Shown piece after piece: positions 37,591 to 45,450 of a stretch of 64,000 nucleotides of DNA. The notes below the pieces were generated by a model. It ran no database searches and had not been told where the DNA came from. It worked only from the letters and a program-made list of their open reading frames with translations. The DNA comes from Candidatus Enterousia sp. (lineage in GTDB: Bacteria > Pseudomonadota > Alphaproteobacteria > Rs-D84). The stretch lies in assembly GCA_045587125.1 (NCBI GenBank), contig JAZNBN010000006.1:1118-65117 (forward strand). Direction: 5' to 3'. Within the stretch, counting starts at the first letter, position 1, and each line of letters starts with the position of its first letter. A program made the position numbers and the translations under genes.

Positions 37591-38061
37591 TTAATCCTTA
37601 AAGGAAACAGATAAAATTTCGTATTCTTTTTCACCACTTGGTAATTTAACGATACACGTATCCCCGACACATCGTCCAATCATCGCACGCCCAACCGGTG
37701 ACGTACATGAAATCACACTGCGTCCATCTGATTCAATATCAGACAAAATACGGCATTGCATTTTATTACCATCTTCATCTTCGGCGATAACACGTGCCCC
37801 AAACATAACCTTATTACCACTAAGAGAATCAATATCTATAATAGCGGCATTTTCAATTACCCCTTCTAAGAATCTGATTCTGTTATCAATTTGGCGTTGT
37901 TTTTCCTTGGCAGCACTGTAATCTGCATTTTCAGACAAATCGCCCAAAGACCGTGCCCACTGAACAGTTTTTAATATTTCAGGCCTTTGATTTTCTTTTA
38001 AATCTTTTAGTTCTTTCAACAAGTTATCAAAACCTGCACGTGAAATTGGTTTCTTTTCCAT
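37591..38061 (-). CDS. greA: transcription elongation factor GreA
   Basis: 156 aa with the coiled-coil tip (GDLSENADYSAAKE) and the C-terminal globular domain. Confidence 0.93.
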   Translation of the reverse strand: MEKKPISRAGFDNLLKELKDLKENQRPEILKTVQWARSLGDLSENADYSAAKEKQRQIDNRIRFLEGVIENAAIIDIDSLSGNKVMFGARVIAEDEDGNKMQCRILSDIESDGRSVISCTSPVGRAMIGRCVGDTCIVKLPSGEKEYEILSVSFKD

Positions 38062-38158
38062 ATCTTTATACCTTTGACTATAATATTTATTCTAAAAGAT
38101 TATACGCATTCATTTTAATTTTGCAATTATCAAATGAACAAGGTATAGTTTTATTACT

Positions 38159-39217
38159 ATGTTTAAATTAAATATCTTAAATCGTTTTTTAATAGGCCGA
38201 TTTTTTTCCGGGGTCGGCTTGGTTATGTTGATCGTATGTGGGATTATATTGGCTGTAACATTTGTAGAACGATTGCCATCTAATCCAACTGCAATTGCTG
38301 CATTGTATGAATCCTGGATAAGATTATTGGAATATGTCCCTATGTTTTTACCATTGGCGGTATTTATGGGCACATTATTGACATCATACAAATTAACTAA
38401 ATCCAGTGAAAATATTATTATATCCAGTGCGGGTCTGTCACCGTTTCAATCTGCAACCCCATTTTTATTTGGTGCATTTTTAATTGGATTATTTGCAACA
38501 ACGGTTATAAATCCCTATTCTGTTTATATCAGTTCAGATAACATATCCCCCGATAAATTACAATTGGTTGATAATTCGATATGGTTACGTGAATCATCTG
38601 ATAATCAGTTCATTACAATTAACGCCAAGAACATGAAGAAAAATCATGACGAGTTAATTTTTCAAGACACTGTGATATACACACAAAACGAAAACTTTAA
38701 ATTAAAAAATCGCATTCAGGCAGAATCTGTTACATTATCAGACAATCAATTATCTGCCAAAAATGCACAAATTTGGGATTCGGACGGAAAAACCAGTCAT
38801 TCAGATTGGTCTGCAAAAACATTACTGACCCCACAAACTATTTTGGACAGATACCTGCAACCTGATCAAATATCATTTTGGCAATTGCATAAGTTTATTA
38901 GCAAGATGGAACACATAGGTGCATCTGTTCGTGGACATCGTGTACAATTGTGGACATTATTGTTTTTACCATTAACCATGATATCAATGGCGACATTGGG
39001 GATTGCGTTTTCTCAGACCAAACAACGCAGAAATTACAGTTTTGGTGTTAAATTCAGTCTTGGCATAGTAACCTGTTTTGCGGTCTATTTCTTAATCAAT
39101 TTGTTTAATGCACTTGGTGCGACTGGGGCATTACCACCGATATTGTCTATTATTGCACCACCATTGATTATTATTGCGGGTGCCGGAATATTTATAACCA
39201 GTTTTGATACAATATAA
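38159..39217 (+). CDS. LPS export ABC permease, LptF/LptG family
   Basis: 352 aa with the YjgP/YjgQ-type N-terminus (ILNRFLIGRFF), 6 TM helices and a central periplasmic beta-jellyroll-sized insert. Confidence 0.8.
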   Translation: MFKLNILNRFLIGRFFSGVGLVMLIVCGIILAVTFVERLPSNPTAIAALYESWIRLLEYVPMFLPLAVFMGTLLTSYKLTKSSENIIISSAGLSPFQSATPFLFGAFLIGLFATTVINPYSVYISSDNISPDKLQLVDNSIWLRESSDNQFITINAKNMKKNHDELIFQDTVIYTQNENFKLKNRIQAESVTLSDNQLSAKNAQIWDSDGKTSHSDWSAKTLLTPQTILDRYLQPDQISFWQLHKFISKMEHIGASVRGHRVQLWTLLFLPLTMISMATLGIAFSQTKQRRNYSFGVKFSLGIVTCFAVYFLINLFNALGATGALPPILSIIAPPLIIIAGAGIFITSFDTI

Positions 39218-39238
39218 AAAATCACAAGGGGAAAGAAT

Positions 39239-39373
39239 ATGCCATTAAAAAAGAAAAGAAATACCAAAACAAAAACGATATTGATATGGTCATTGGTGGC
39301 CATAATTATCATATTGATGATTGTATCATTTCCAACAACACAACATTTAACAGAAATTGTGGTATATCCGTGA
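39239..39373 (+). CDS. small membrane protein candidate (44 aa)
   Basis: My own translation gives MPLKKKRNTKTKTILIWSLVAIIIILMIVSFPTTQHLTEIVVYP*. It has a GGGGA RBS, and its stop overlaps the xerD GTG (GTGA). It is below the ORF-track size cutoff. Confidence 0.35.
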   Translation: MPLKKKRNTKTKTILIWSLVAIIIILMIVSFPTTQHLTEIVVYP

Positions 39374-40221
39374 AATACATAGATATATTTTTAGAATATT
39401 TATCTGCTGAAAAAGGTCGCAGTAAACAGACATTACAAAGTTATGAATCTGATTTACGTCTGGCGGACAATGCCATTTCTGGTGGTCTGATGAACGCAGA
39501 CACAAATGCACTGCAAGATTACCTGTCGGGGCTTGATGAAAAACCTACATCTGTTTCACGCAAAGCCTCTGCCCTGCGTAGTTTTTTCAAATTTTTAATG
39601 ATTGAAAAAATAATATCTGAAAATCCGACAAAAAATTTAGACCTGCCAAAACCAGAACGCTGTCTGCCCAAATTTTTATCTCCAGATGAAATAGAATTAC
39701 TTATATCATCTGCGGGCGACATAAAAAATTCACTGCGCCTGCGTGCAATGATTGAATTGCTGTACGCATCAGGTCTGCGTGTTTCAGAATTATGCGAATT
39801 ACCAATGTCTGGGATATTAAATGATAAATTATTAATTCATGGTAAAGGTGCCAAAGAAAGATTGGTCCCCATGCATGACGCCGCCATACACGCACTGAAC
39901 AAATGGTTGGACGCACGTGGGGACACCCAATCAAAATATGTATTTCCATCAAACGGAAATTCAGGCCATATAACACGTGATGGTTTTTTCAAAATATTAA
40001 AAAAATGTGCTGTATTGTCTGGCATAGCCCCCAATCGGGTCAGTCCACACGTCCTGCGCCATTCATTTGCATCACACCTGTTATCAGGTGGTGCAAACCT
40101 GCGTGCGATACAAACAATGTTGGGTCACGAAGACATATCAACCACACAAATTTACACGCATGTTATGCCTGAAAAATTAAAAGAAACTGTTACTAAACAT
40201 CACCCATTTGCAAACAAGTAA
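39370..40221 (+). CDS. xerD: tyrosine site-specific recombinase XerD-like
   Basis: Shows FLEYLSAEKGRSKQTLQSYESDL (XerD N-terminal pattern) and catalytic residues in LRVSEL, HVLRHSFASHLL, LGHEDISTTQIYTH. I prefer the GTG start at 39370 over the ORF-track start at 39286. Confidence 0.85.
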   Translation: MKYIDIFLEYLSAEKGRSKQTLQSYESDLRLADNAISGGLMNADTNALQDYLSGLDEKPTSVSRKASALRSFFKFLMIEKIISENPTKNLDLPKPERCLPKFLSPDEIELLISSAGDIKNSLRLRAMIELLYASGLRVSELCELPMSGILNDKLLIHGKGAKERLVPMHDAAIHALNKWLDARGDTQSKYVFPSNGNSGHITRDGFFKILKKCAVLSGIAPNRVSPHVLRHSFASHLLSGGANLRAIQTMLGHEDISTTQIYTHVMPEKLKETVTKHHPFANK

Positions 40222-40234
40222 AGGTAAATAAAAT

Positions 40235-40738
40235 ATGATAAAAAAATGCGATAAACCAGGTTGCACCAAAGCCGGCACATGCCGTGCCCCAAAATCCCGT
40301 ACTTTACAGGACTATTGGTTTTTTTGCCAAGAACATGCGGCCGAATACAATAAAAACTGGAATTATTACGCAGACATGACCCCTGATGAAATAGAAGCAG
40401 ATTGGGAAAAACAAACATTTGGCACAGAATTAAAAGATAAAAAGTCTGCAAACCAAGATGCATCAGAATATGTAAATTTCTTGAACGACTTTATCACAGG
40501 GCGCAGTAAATTTGACCGTATGCCTGCAAAAAGTAAATTACCAACAAATGTTGTATCTGCATTAAAAGTATTTGAATTGGGCATATCTGCCACATGGCGT
40601 GAAGTTGGTGTAAAATACCGTGCATTGGCAAAGCAATACCACCCAGACACTGCAACAGATAAAAAGAACGCAGCAACTGAATTTGCCCGCATTTCCACCG
40701 CATACGATATATTAAAGAAACACTTTGGCAAGAAATAA
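40235..40738 (+). CDS. J-domain protein with an N-terminal Cys-rich region
   Basis: 167 aa with a C-terminal J domain (YRALAKQYHPD) and an N-terminal CDKPGC...C...FFCQEH segment. Confidence 0.75.
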   Translation: MIKKCDKPGCTKAGTCRAPKSRTLQDYWFFCQEHAAEYNKNWNYYADMTPDEIEADWEKQTFGTELKDKKSANQDASEYVNFLNDFITGRSKFDRMPAKSKLPTNVVSALKVFELGISATWREVGVKYRALAKQYHPDTATDKKNAATEFARISTAYDILKKHFGKK

Positions 40739-40757
40739 TTTATATAAATTCCCAAAC

Positions 40758-40785
40758 AAAAAAATCCCCCACTTGGGGGATTTTT
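40758..40785. terminator. ATCCCCC-N4-GGGGGAT terminator between convergent genes
   Basis: aaaaaaatcccccacttgggggattttt. Confidence 0.75.
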
Positions 40786-40804
40786 CAAGGACGGAAACTG
40801 ATTA

Positions 40805-41950
40805 TTATTCCGTTGTGGTGTTTTCCAGTAACTTCCAACCCATAAACGTATATCCTGGCTTTACTGGGTCGGATGGAACGGTAATACTGCCTTCATACGT
40901 ACATTGATTGATTGTATGTGCACCATTATTATCTGGGTTCCAATCAATATTAATTGTGTTAGCCGCACATGTGGCAGGTGACACAGGCAGACTGTTCATT
41001 ACCGCAGTACGGAACGTGCGATAGTACACGCCATCGGCCTGCAGGTTGCTCACACAGACGTCCGCGCAATTGGACGCGCAATCATAATCCGTATCTTCGT
41101 TGCTGTTGAACACCCACGGGGCAGATGTAACTATTACTTTGTCGCCACCAGTTGGGGTAAAGCCATCAACCTGACAATAACAATATTGTGCACCTTCAGC
41201 ACCCGTTTCATCGGTCAGGGTGTCTACAATAGTGATTTCCCCGGCAGTACTTGTGTTCCAATCAAATTCTCTTACCCCTGGTTGCGTGCTGCAACGGCCA
41301 TGGCCCGTTATCATGCCTTTGTCGCCATAGGCGGACGCAAATGCCATCGGGTCGCCTGCAATACCCGCATCAGATGATGTCAGATTATAAGACACACCTT
41401 GATTTCCGTTGTTATCGTTAGATGTATATCCAGTGCCGACGTCTTCACCAATTGTTTCACCTATATCCAATCCTGGTTTTACGTGCCATCCGGCAACGCA
41501 TGCCGTTGGTTCGCACGTGTCAACCCCACTGCCATAGTAATCGTTACCCGTTACCGCCGTTGCATGTGCTATGTTTGCCGTTGCAACCGTACATGCTGTA
41601 TAACATTGTGTGTCTGCACCTGAACCTTCGGCACTGTTTGGGTATTCGGTTGGACATTGGGCGATACTGTTGTCCGCCGTTTCAACCGTGAATCCACCAC
41701 CAACGCAGTATGAACCCGCGGGGCATGTTGTTTTGTCCACAGATGTTTCTGTTACGCTTAAATATTGACCAGGGTCCAATGTATAATCTATCAAATCCCA
41801 TGTCGCGATTGTATTTGCCGTGGCGTTATTGTCCGATACGCCCAATACATCAACCGTACATGTGTTCTCACTGGTTATTATTTTATCGGCACCGAATGCA
41901 GGTGCAATAAACGTTCCCATTAATGCGGTGGTTAAAAAATATTTTTTCAT
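40805..41950 (-). CDS. Cys-rich surface/secreted protein, paralog A (C-terminal Listeria-Bacteroides-type repeat)
   Basis: Start at MKKYFLTTALMGTFIAPAFGA (ATG 41948-41950, RBS ggaaaggg). Contains a CPAGSYCVGGG motif and the C-terminal PVKPGYTFMGWK (GYTF.GW repeat). It is a paralog of 47684-48811. Confidence 0.7.
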   Translation of the reverse strand: MKKYFLTTALMGTFIAPAFGADKIITSENTCTVDVLGVSDNNATANTIATWDLIDYTLDPGQYLSVTETSVDKTTCPAGSYCVGGGFTVETADNSIAQCPTEYPNSAEGSGADTQCYTACTVATANIAHATAVTGNDYYGSGVDTCEPTACVAGWHVKPGLDIGETIGEDVGTGYTSNDNNGNQGVSYNLTSSDAGIAGDPMAFASAYGDKGMITGHGRCSTQPGVREFDWNTSTAGEITIVDTLTDETGAEGAQYCYCQVDGFTPTGGDKVIVTSAPWVFNSNEDTDYDCASNCADVCVSNLQADGVYYRTFRTAVMNSLPVSPATCAANTINIDWNPDNNGAHTINQCTYEGSITVPSDPVKPGYTFMGWKLLENTTTE

Positions 41951-41978
41951 TTCCCTTTCCTTTTCGTTATAAAAAAAC

Positions 41979-42015
41979 AATCACCTTAATGGCATGGTAT
42001 GCTATTAAGGTGATT
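41979..42015 (-). promoter_or_regulatory. leader hairpin plus U-run (terminator/attenuator-like) upstream of paralog A
   Basis: aatcaccttaat..attaaggtgatt: a stem of about 12-17 bp. In the mRNA sense it is followed by TTTTTTT and lies about 30 nt before the ATG. The same element is conserved at 48839-48875. Confidence 0.5.
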
Positions 42016-42022
42016 ATTCAAC

Positions 42023-42044
42023 AACGCAAACGTACGTTTGCGTT
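42023..42044. promoter_or_regulatory. perfect 22-bp palindrome in the paralog A leader
   Basis: aacgcaaacgt|acgtttgcgtt. The arms are conserved at 48883-48903, where the centre differs. Confidence 0.5.
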
Positions 42045-42056
42045 AAATGTTTTTAA

Positions 42057-42072
42057 CTCTCTCTCTCTCTCT
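42057..42072. repeat. (CT)8 / (AG)8 dinucleotide microsatellite in the paralog A leader
   Basis: Counted directly: 8 CT units here versus 7 at the paralogous position 48916-48929. Confidence 0.9.
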
Positions 42073-42150
42073 AGATTTCTGCGGAATTTTATCATTTTTT
42101 CCTTCGCTTTTCCCTGATTACCTGAATTTTATCACAAACCACACATTATT

Positions 42151-42216
42151 AAAAGCAGAAAATTAAATAGAACAGTTTAGATGTGGAACGGCCCCGATAA
42201 CGTAGTGTACAAACGA
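42151..42216. repeat. nested-hairpin repeat, copy 2a (degenerate and truncated)
   Basis: gcagaaaattaaa..tag..gtggaacggccccgataac + gtagtgtacaaacga. It is truncated within the apical loop and abuts copy 2b. Confidence 0.6.
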
Positions 42217-42335
42217 CACGATTAGCAGAAAATTAAAGATAATGGTATAGATACGCACAAACCCGACATCGTAGTGTACAAATGCTACATGAGATGTCGG
42301 GTTTGTGTGTAGATACGCCATTAGATTTAATTTTT
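42217..42335. repeat. nested-hairpin repeat, copy 2b (complete)
   Basis: The inner and apical parts are identical to copy 1b. There is one substitution in the right arm (tagataCgcc). The trxB stop codon (42327-42329) lies inside the right arm. Confidence 0.9.
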
Positions 42336-43226
42336 GTTAAGGTATGCGATGGCATCCATCCCAGCCGTACACCCTGTTCCAACTGCTGTGGCAATTTGCA
42401 TCTTTATATCACTGTGCACATCGCCTGCAACAAACATACCGACTGGCAATGCAGATGGTGCCAAACGACCCATTGCATCACGTTTAACATCTTCGGTTAA
42501 ATAATCTGTGTTGGCTTCGTGTCCGATTGCAACAAACACACCGTCAACAACCAACTGTTCACCATTTGTTGTTGTAACAATCAATTCGCCATCTGTGGAA
42601 TCTGGCTTTTCTTCTATTTTTGCCAAATCTGTATTAAACAGACATTCAATGTTTTCACGTGCCGCTACACGTTCACGTAATACAGCCTCGGCCCGTGTAA
42701 ATTCAGATTTACGATATACGATTTTTACAGTCTTTGCCAAATCAGCCAAATACAATGCATCATTTAACGCACTGTTTCCACCACCCATAACAATAACTGT
42801 TTTACCACTGTAAAAGAATCCATCACATGTTGCACAATATGATACGCCACGTCCCATCAGTTCACGTGCACCTTCTATTTCCAGTTTACGTGGCGATGCG
42901 CCTGTGGCAATAATTACCGCACGACCATTATATTCTTTGCCATCATCACCAGACACAACGAATCCAGATTCTGCATCACCAGAAATATTTTTCGCAGACA
43001 CGAAATTTACAGTCGCACCAAAGGATTCTGCCTGTTTTTTCATAAACTCTGCCAACTCTAAACCACTGCCTAAAAAACCAGGGTAATTTTCCAAAGTTGC
43101 AATACCTGCCATCTGACCACCCAGACGTGCGCCGCCTAAAACGATTGTTTTTTTGTTTGCACGTGCTGCATATAACGCAGCCGTCAATCCCGCAGGACCA
43201 GAACCTAATATAATAACATCATACAT
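42327..43226 (-). CDS. trxB: thioredoxin-disulfide reductase
   Basis: 299 aa with the FAD motif GSGPAG, the redox-active CATCDG and the NADPH motif GGGNSA. Confidence 0.93.
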   Translation of the reverse strand: MYDVIILGSGPAGLTAALYAARANKKTIVLGGARLGGQMAGIATLENYPGFLGSGLELAEFMKKQAESFGATVNFVSAKNISGDAESGFVVSGDDGKEYNGRAVIIATGASPRKLEIEGARELMGRGVSYCATCDGFFYSGKTVIVMGGGNSALNDALYLADLAKTVKIVYRKSEFTRAEAVLRERVAARENIECLFNTDLAKIEEKPDSTDGELIVTTTNGEQLVVDGVFVAIGHEANTDYLTEDVKRDAMGRLAPSALPVGMFVAGDVHSDIKMQIATAVGTGCTAGMDAIAYLNKN

Positions 43227-43475
43227 AATAAAACCTTCCTATTTAACGTTTGCCTCAGCATACACAATAATTAAACCTGATGCAAACAAAAACCGCACAT
43301 GATATTCTATTGATTTTTAACTTAAAGTATTTTATAATTACATACGTTATGAAATTGAGTTTTGTATTTTTTAGTTTATCTTCATCCCCGTTGGGGGAAT
43401 AATTTATCACGCATTTTCTTTACAAAAAATATTATTAGTTATAGTATATATATAAAAACCTAAGGACATATTGTT

Positions 43476-44756
43476 ATGCTAGATATAAAATTTATTCGTG
43501 AAAACCCAGAAGTGGTAAAAAAGGCTTGTGAATTAAAAGGCTTTGCAGATTACACAGATCAAATTCTGGAACTGGATAAACGTGTTCGTGAATTAAAAAC
43601 AATCACACAATCAAAAACAGCCGAAAAAAATAAAATCACACGTGAAATCCCAACCGCTACGGACAAGGCACCTTTGATTGCACGGTCCAAAGAAATCAAC
43701 GCAGAAATTGCCGCAGACATGGCAGAACTTGCCGAAAAAGAAGAAAAACTGTCTGAATTACTGCACAGTGTCCCACAAATTCCATCTGCCGATACACCAA
43801 TCGGTCGTGATGATACAGAAAACGTTGAAGTACGCCGTGTCGGTACCCCACGTGAATTTGATTTCACACCACGCCCACAATGGGATTTATTGGAAATGAA
43901 CGGATGGTGGAAACCTGAAAAAATTGCTTCAATTTGTGGTACACGCACATACGCATTGTTTGGCGAAGCCGCAGAATTGGAATTGGCAATCCAAACATAC
44001 GTTATTCAAAAATTAATCAGCAAAGGATTTACATTTGTAAATTGCCCATCAATTACAAAACCACAAACAATATTTAACGCAGGTCATTTTACCGGCAAAG
44101 ATTTATCTGTTATGAACAACGATGTGTTTATGTTGACTGATACAGACCGTTGTTTGGCTGGCACTGCGGAAATTATATTAAATTCTTTGCACAGTGATGA
44201 AGTTTTAAATGAAAAAGATTTGCCTATTAAATACGCAGGCTATTCACCATGTTTCCGTAAAGAAGCAGGTGCTGCAGGTCGTGATACACGTGGAATCGTA
44301 CGCATACATCAATTTAACAAGGTTGAACAATACATCTATTGCACACCTGAACAATCTGATGAAATGCACGAACATTTATTAAACAACCTGTGTGAAGTTA
44401 TGGAAGATTTGGAATTACCATACCGTGTAATAATGGCATGCACTGGCGACATGGGATTTAACAAGGTCAAAATGCATGATGTTGAAGCCTGGTTCCCCAG
44501 TGAAAACACATACCGTGAATTGGGTTCTTGTTCTTCTATTGGTCAATATCAGGCACGCAGAACAAACACCCGTTTCCGTGCATCAGACGGCACTATGCAA
44601 TTCTGTGCAACATTAAATAACACAGGCATTGCCTTGCCACGTGCAATTGTACCTGTTATTGAAAACCACCAAAACCCAGATGGTTCTGTAAATATCCCAA
44701 AGGCATTACAACCATTGATGGGTGGTCGCACAAAAATCGGTGGCAAACACCAATAA
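43476..44756 (+). CDS. serS: serine--tRNA ligase
   Basis: 426 aa with an N-terminal coiled-coil arm and class II motifs (FRKEAGAAGRDTRGIVRIHQFNKVE, GSCSS). Confidence 0.93.
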   Translation: MLDIKFIRENPEVVKKACELKGFADYTDQILELDKRVRELKTITQSKTAEKNKITREIPTATDKAPLIARSKEINAEIAADMAELAEKEEKLSELLHSVPQIPSADTPIGRDDTENVEVRRVGTPREFDFTPRPQWDLLEMNGWWKPEKIASICGTRTYALFGEAAELELAIQTYVIQKLISKGFTFVNCPSITKPQTIFNAGHFTGKDLSVMNNDVFMLTDTDRCLAGTAEIILNSLHSDEVLNEKDLPIKYAGYSPCFRKEAGAAGRDTRGIVRIHQFNKVEQYIYCTPEQSDEMHEHLLNNLCEVMEDLELPYRVIMACTGDMGFNKVKMHDVEAWFPSENTYRELGSCSSIGQYQARRTNTRFRASDGTMQFCATLNNTGIALPRAIVPVIENHQNPDGSVNIPKALQPLMGGRTKIGGKHQ

Positions 44757-44783
44757 AAAAATCCCCGTTCGGGGATTTTTTTA
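44756..44783. terminator. ATCCCC-N4-GGGGAT bidirectional terminator
   Basis: aaaaaatccccgttcggggattttttt, between convergent serS and the 175-aa ORF. Confidence 0.8.
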
Positions 44784-45308
44784 TTTACATAACATCGTTT
44801 TAATTTTTTGCATAGCACATTGATTTTTCTGTATTTCTGCCAAATATTCATTTATTGCACCCACACCAAAAGATATCGCTATTTCATACACATCTAATAC
44901 ACTATCTTTCTGTTCAGTTTTACGTGCATATTCCCACAAATAAACCAATTCACAAAATTTCTTATACATTTCTGATAAATTCTGATTACCCCAAACAAAG
45001 TTTACCTTTGCAACAAATTCTTCGGCAGGGTTTGTAACAGCTTCCATGGCAATTTTATCATCATTAATCCCATACACTGCTTTGAATTTATTTGCCCTGG
45101 CCTGCCATTGATTATACGTTCTGGCATAAGAAAAATAATTGACGGGCTTTTTCGCAGCACTTTCCATCAACAACATTGCATGTGCAATCTCGTAACGTTG
45201 CTTTTGTGGTATTTTGGCCCAACGTCCCAGCGCATCATCATGTGCCGCATTTTTAAAAGCATATAAACCTTTGCTTACTTGCGAATGAATATTTCTAACA
45301 TCTGACAT
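44781..45308 (-). CDS. hypothetical protein (175 aa)
   Basis: ORF with the start chosen at MSDVRNIHSQ (45306-45308). No motif recognised. Confidence 0.45.
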   Translation of the reverse strand: MSDVRNIHSQVSKGLYAFKNAAHDDALGRWAKIPQKQRYEIAHAMLLMESAAKKPVNYFSYARTYNQWQARANKFKAVYGINDDKIAMEAVTNPAEEFVAKVNFVWGNQNLSEMYKKFCELVYLWEYARKTEQKDSVLDVYEIAISFGVGAINEYLAEIQKNQCAMQKIKTMLCK

Positions 45309-45450
45309 ATAAACACCATTTATTTTTACACAGACTGCAAACCATAGACAAAACATCAAAAGATGTCAATAAAAACACAATATATTCTTGAAAAACGATA
45401 AAATTGGGTATACCCTGAACAGGAAAAGCAAAAAATATGGGGTTAAAAAC

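Noticed and set aside
42217-42335. Hairpin repeats at gene 3' ends considered as integron attC sites.
   Set aside because: The flanking genes are single-copy housekeeping genes (ftsK, trxB, yebC), not cassettes. There is no intI or attI. I see no GTTRRRY/RYYYAAC core sites at the ends. XerD at 39.4 kb looks like the ordinary chromosomal recombinase.
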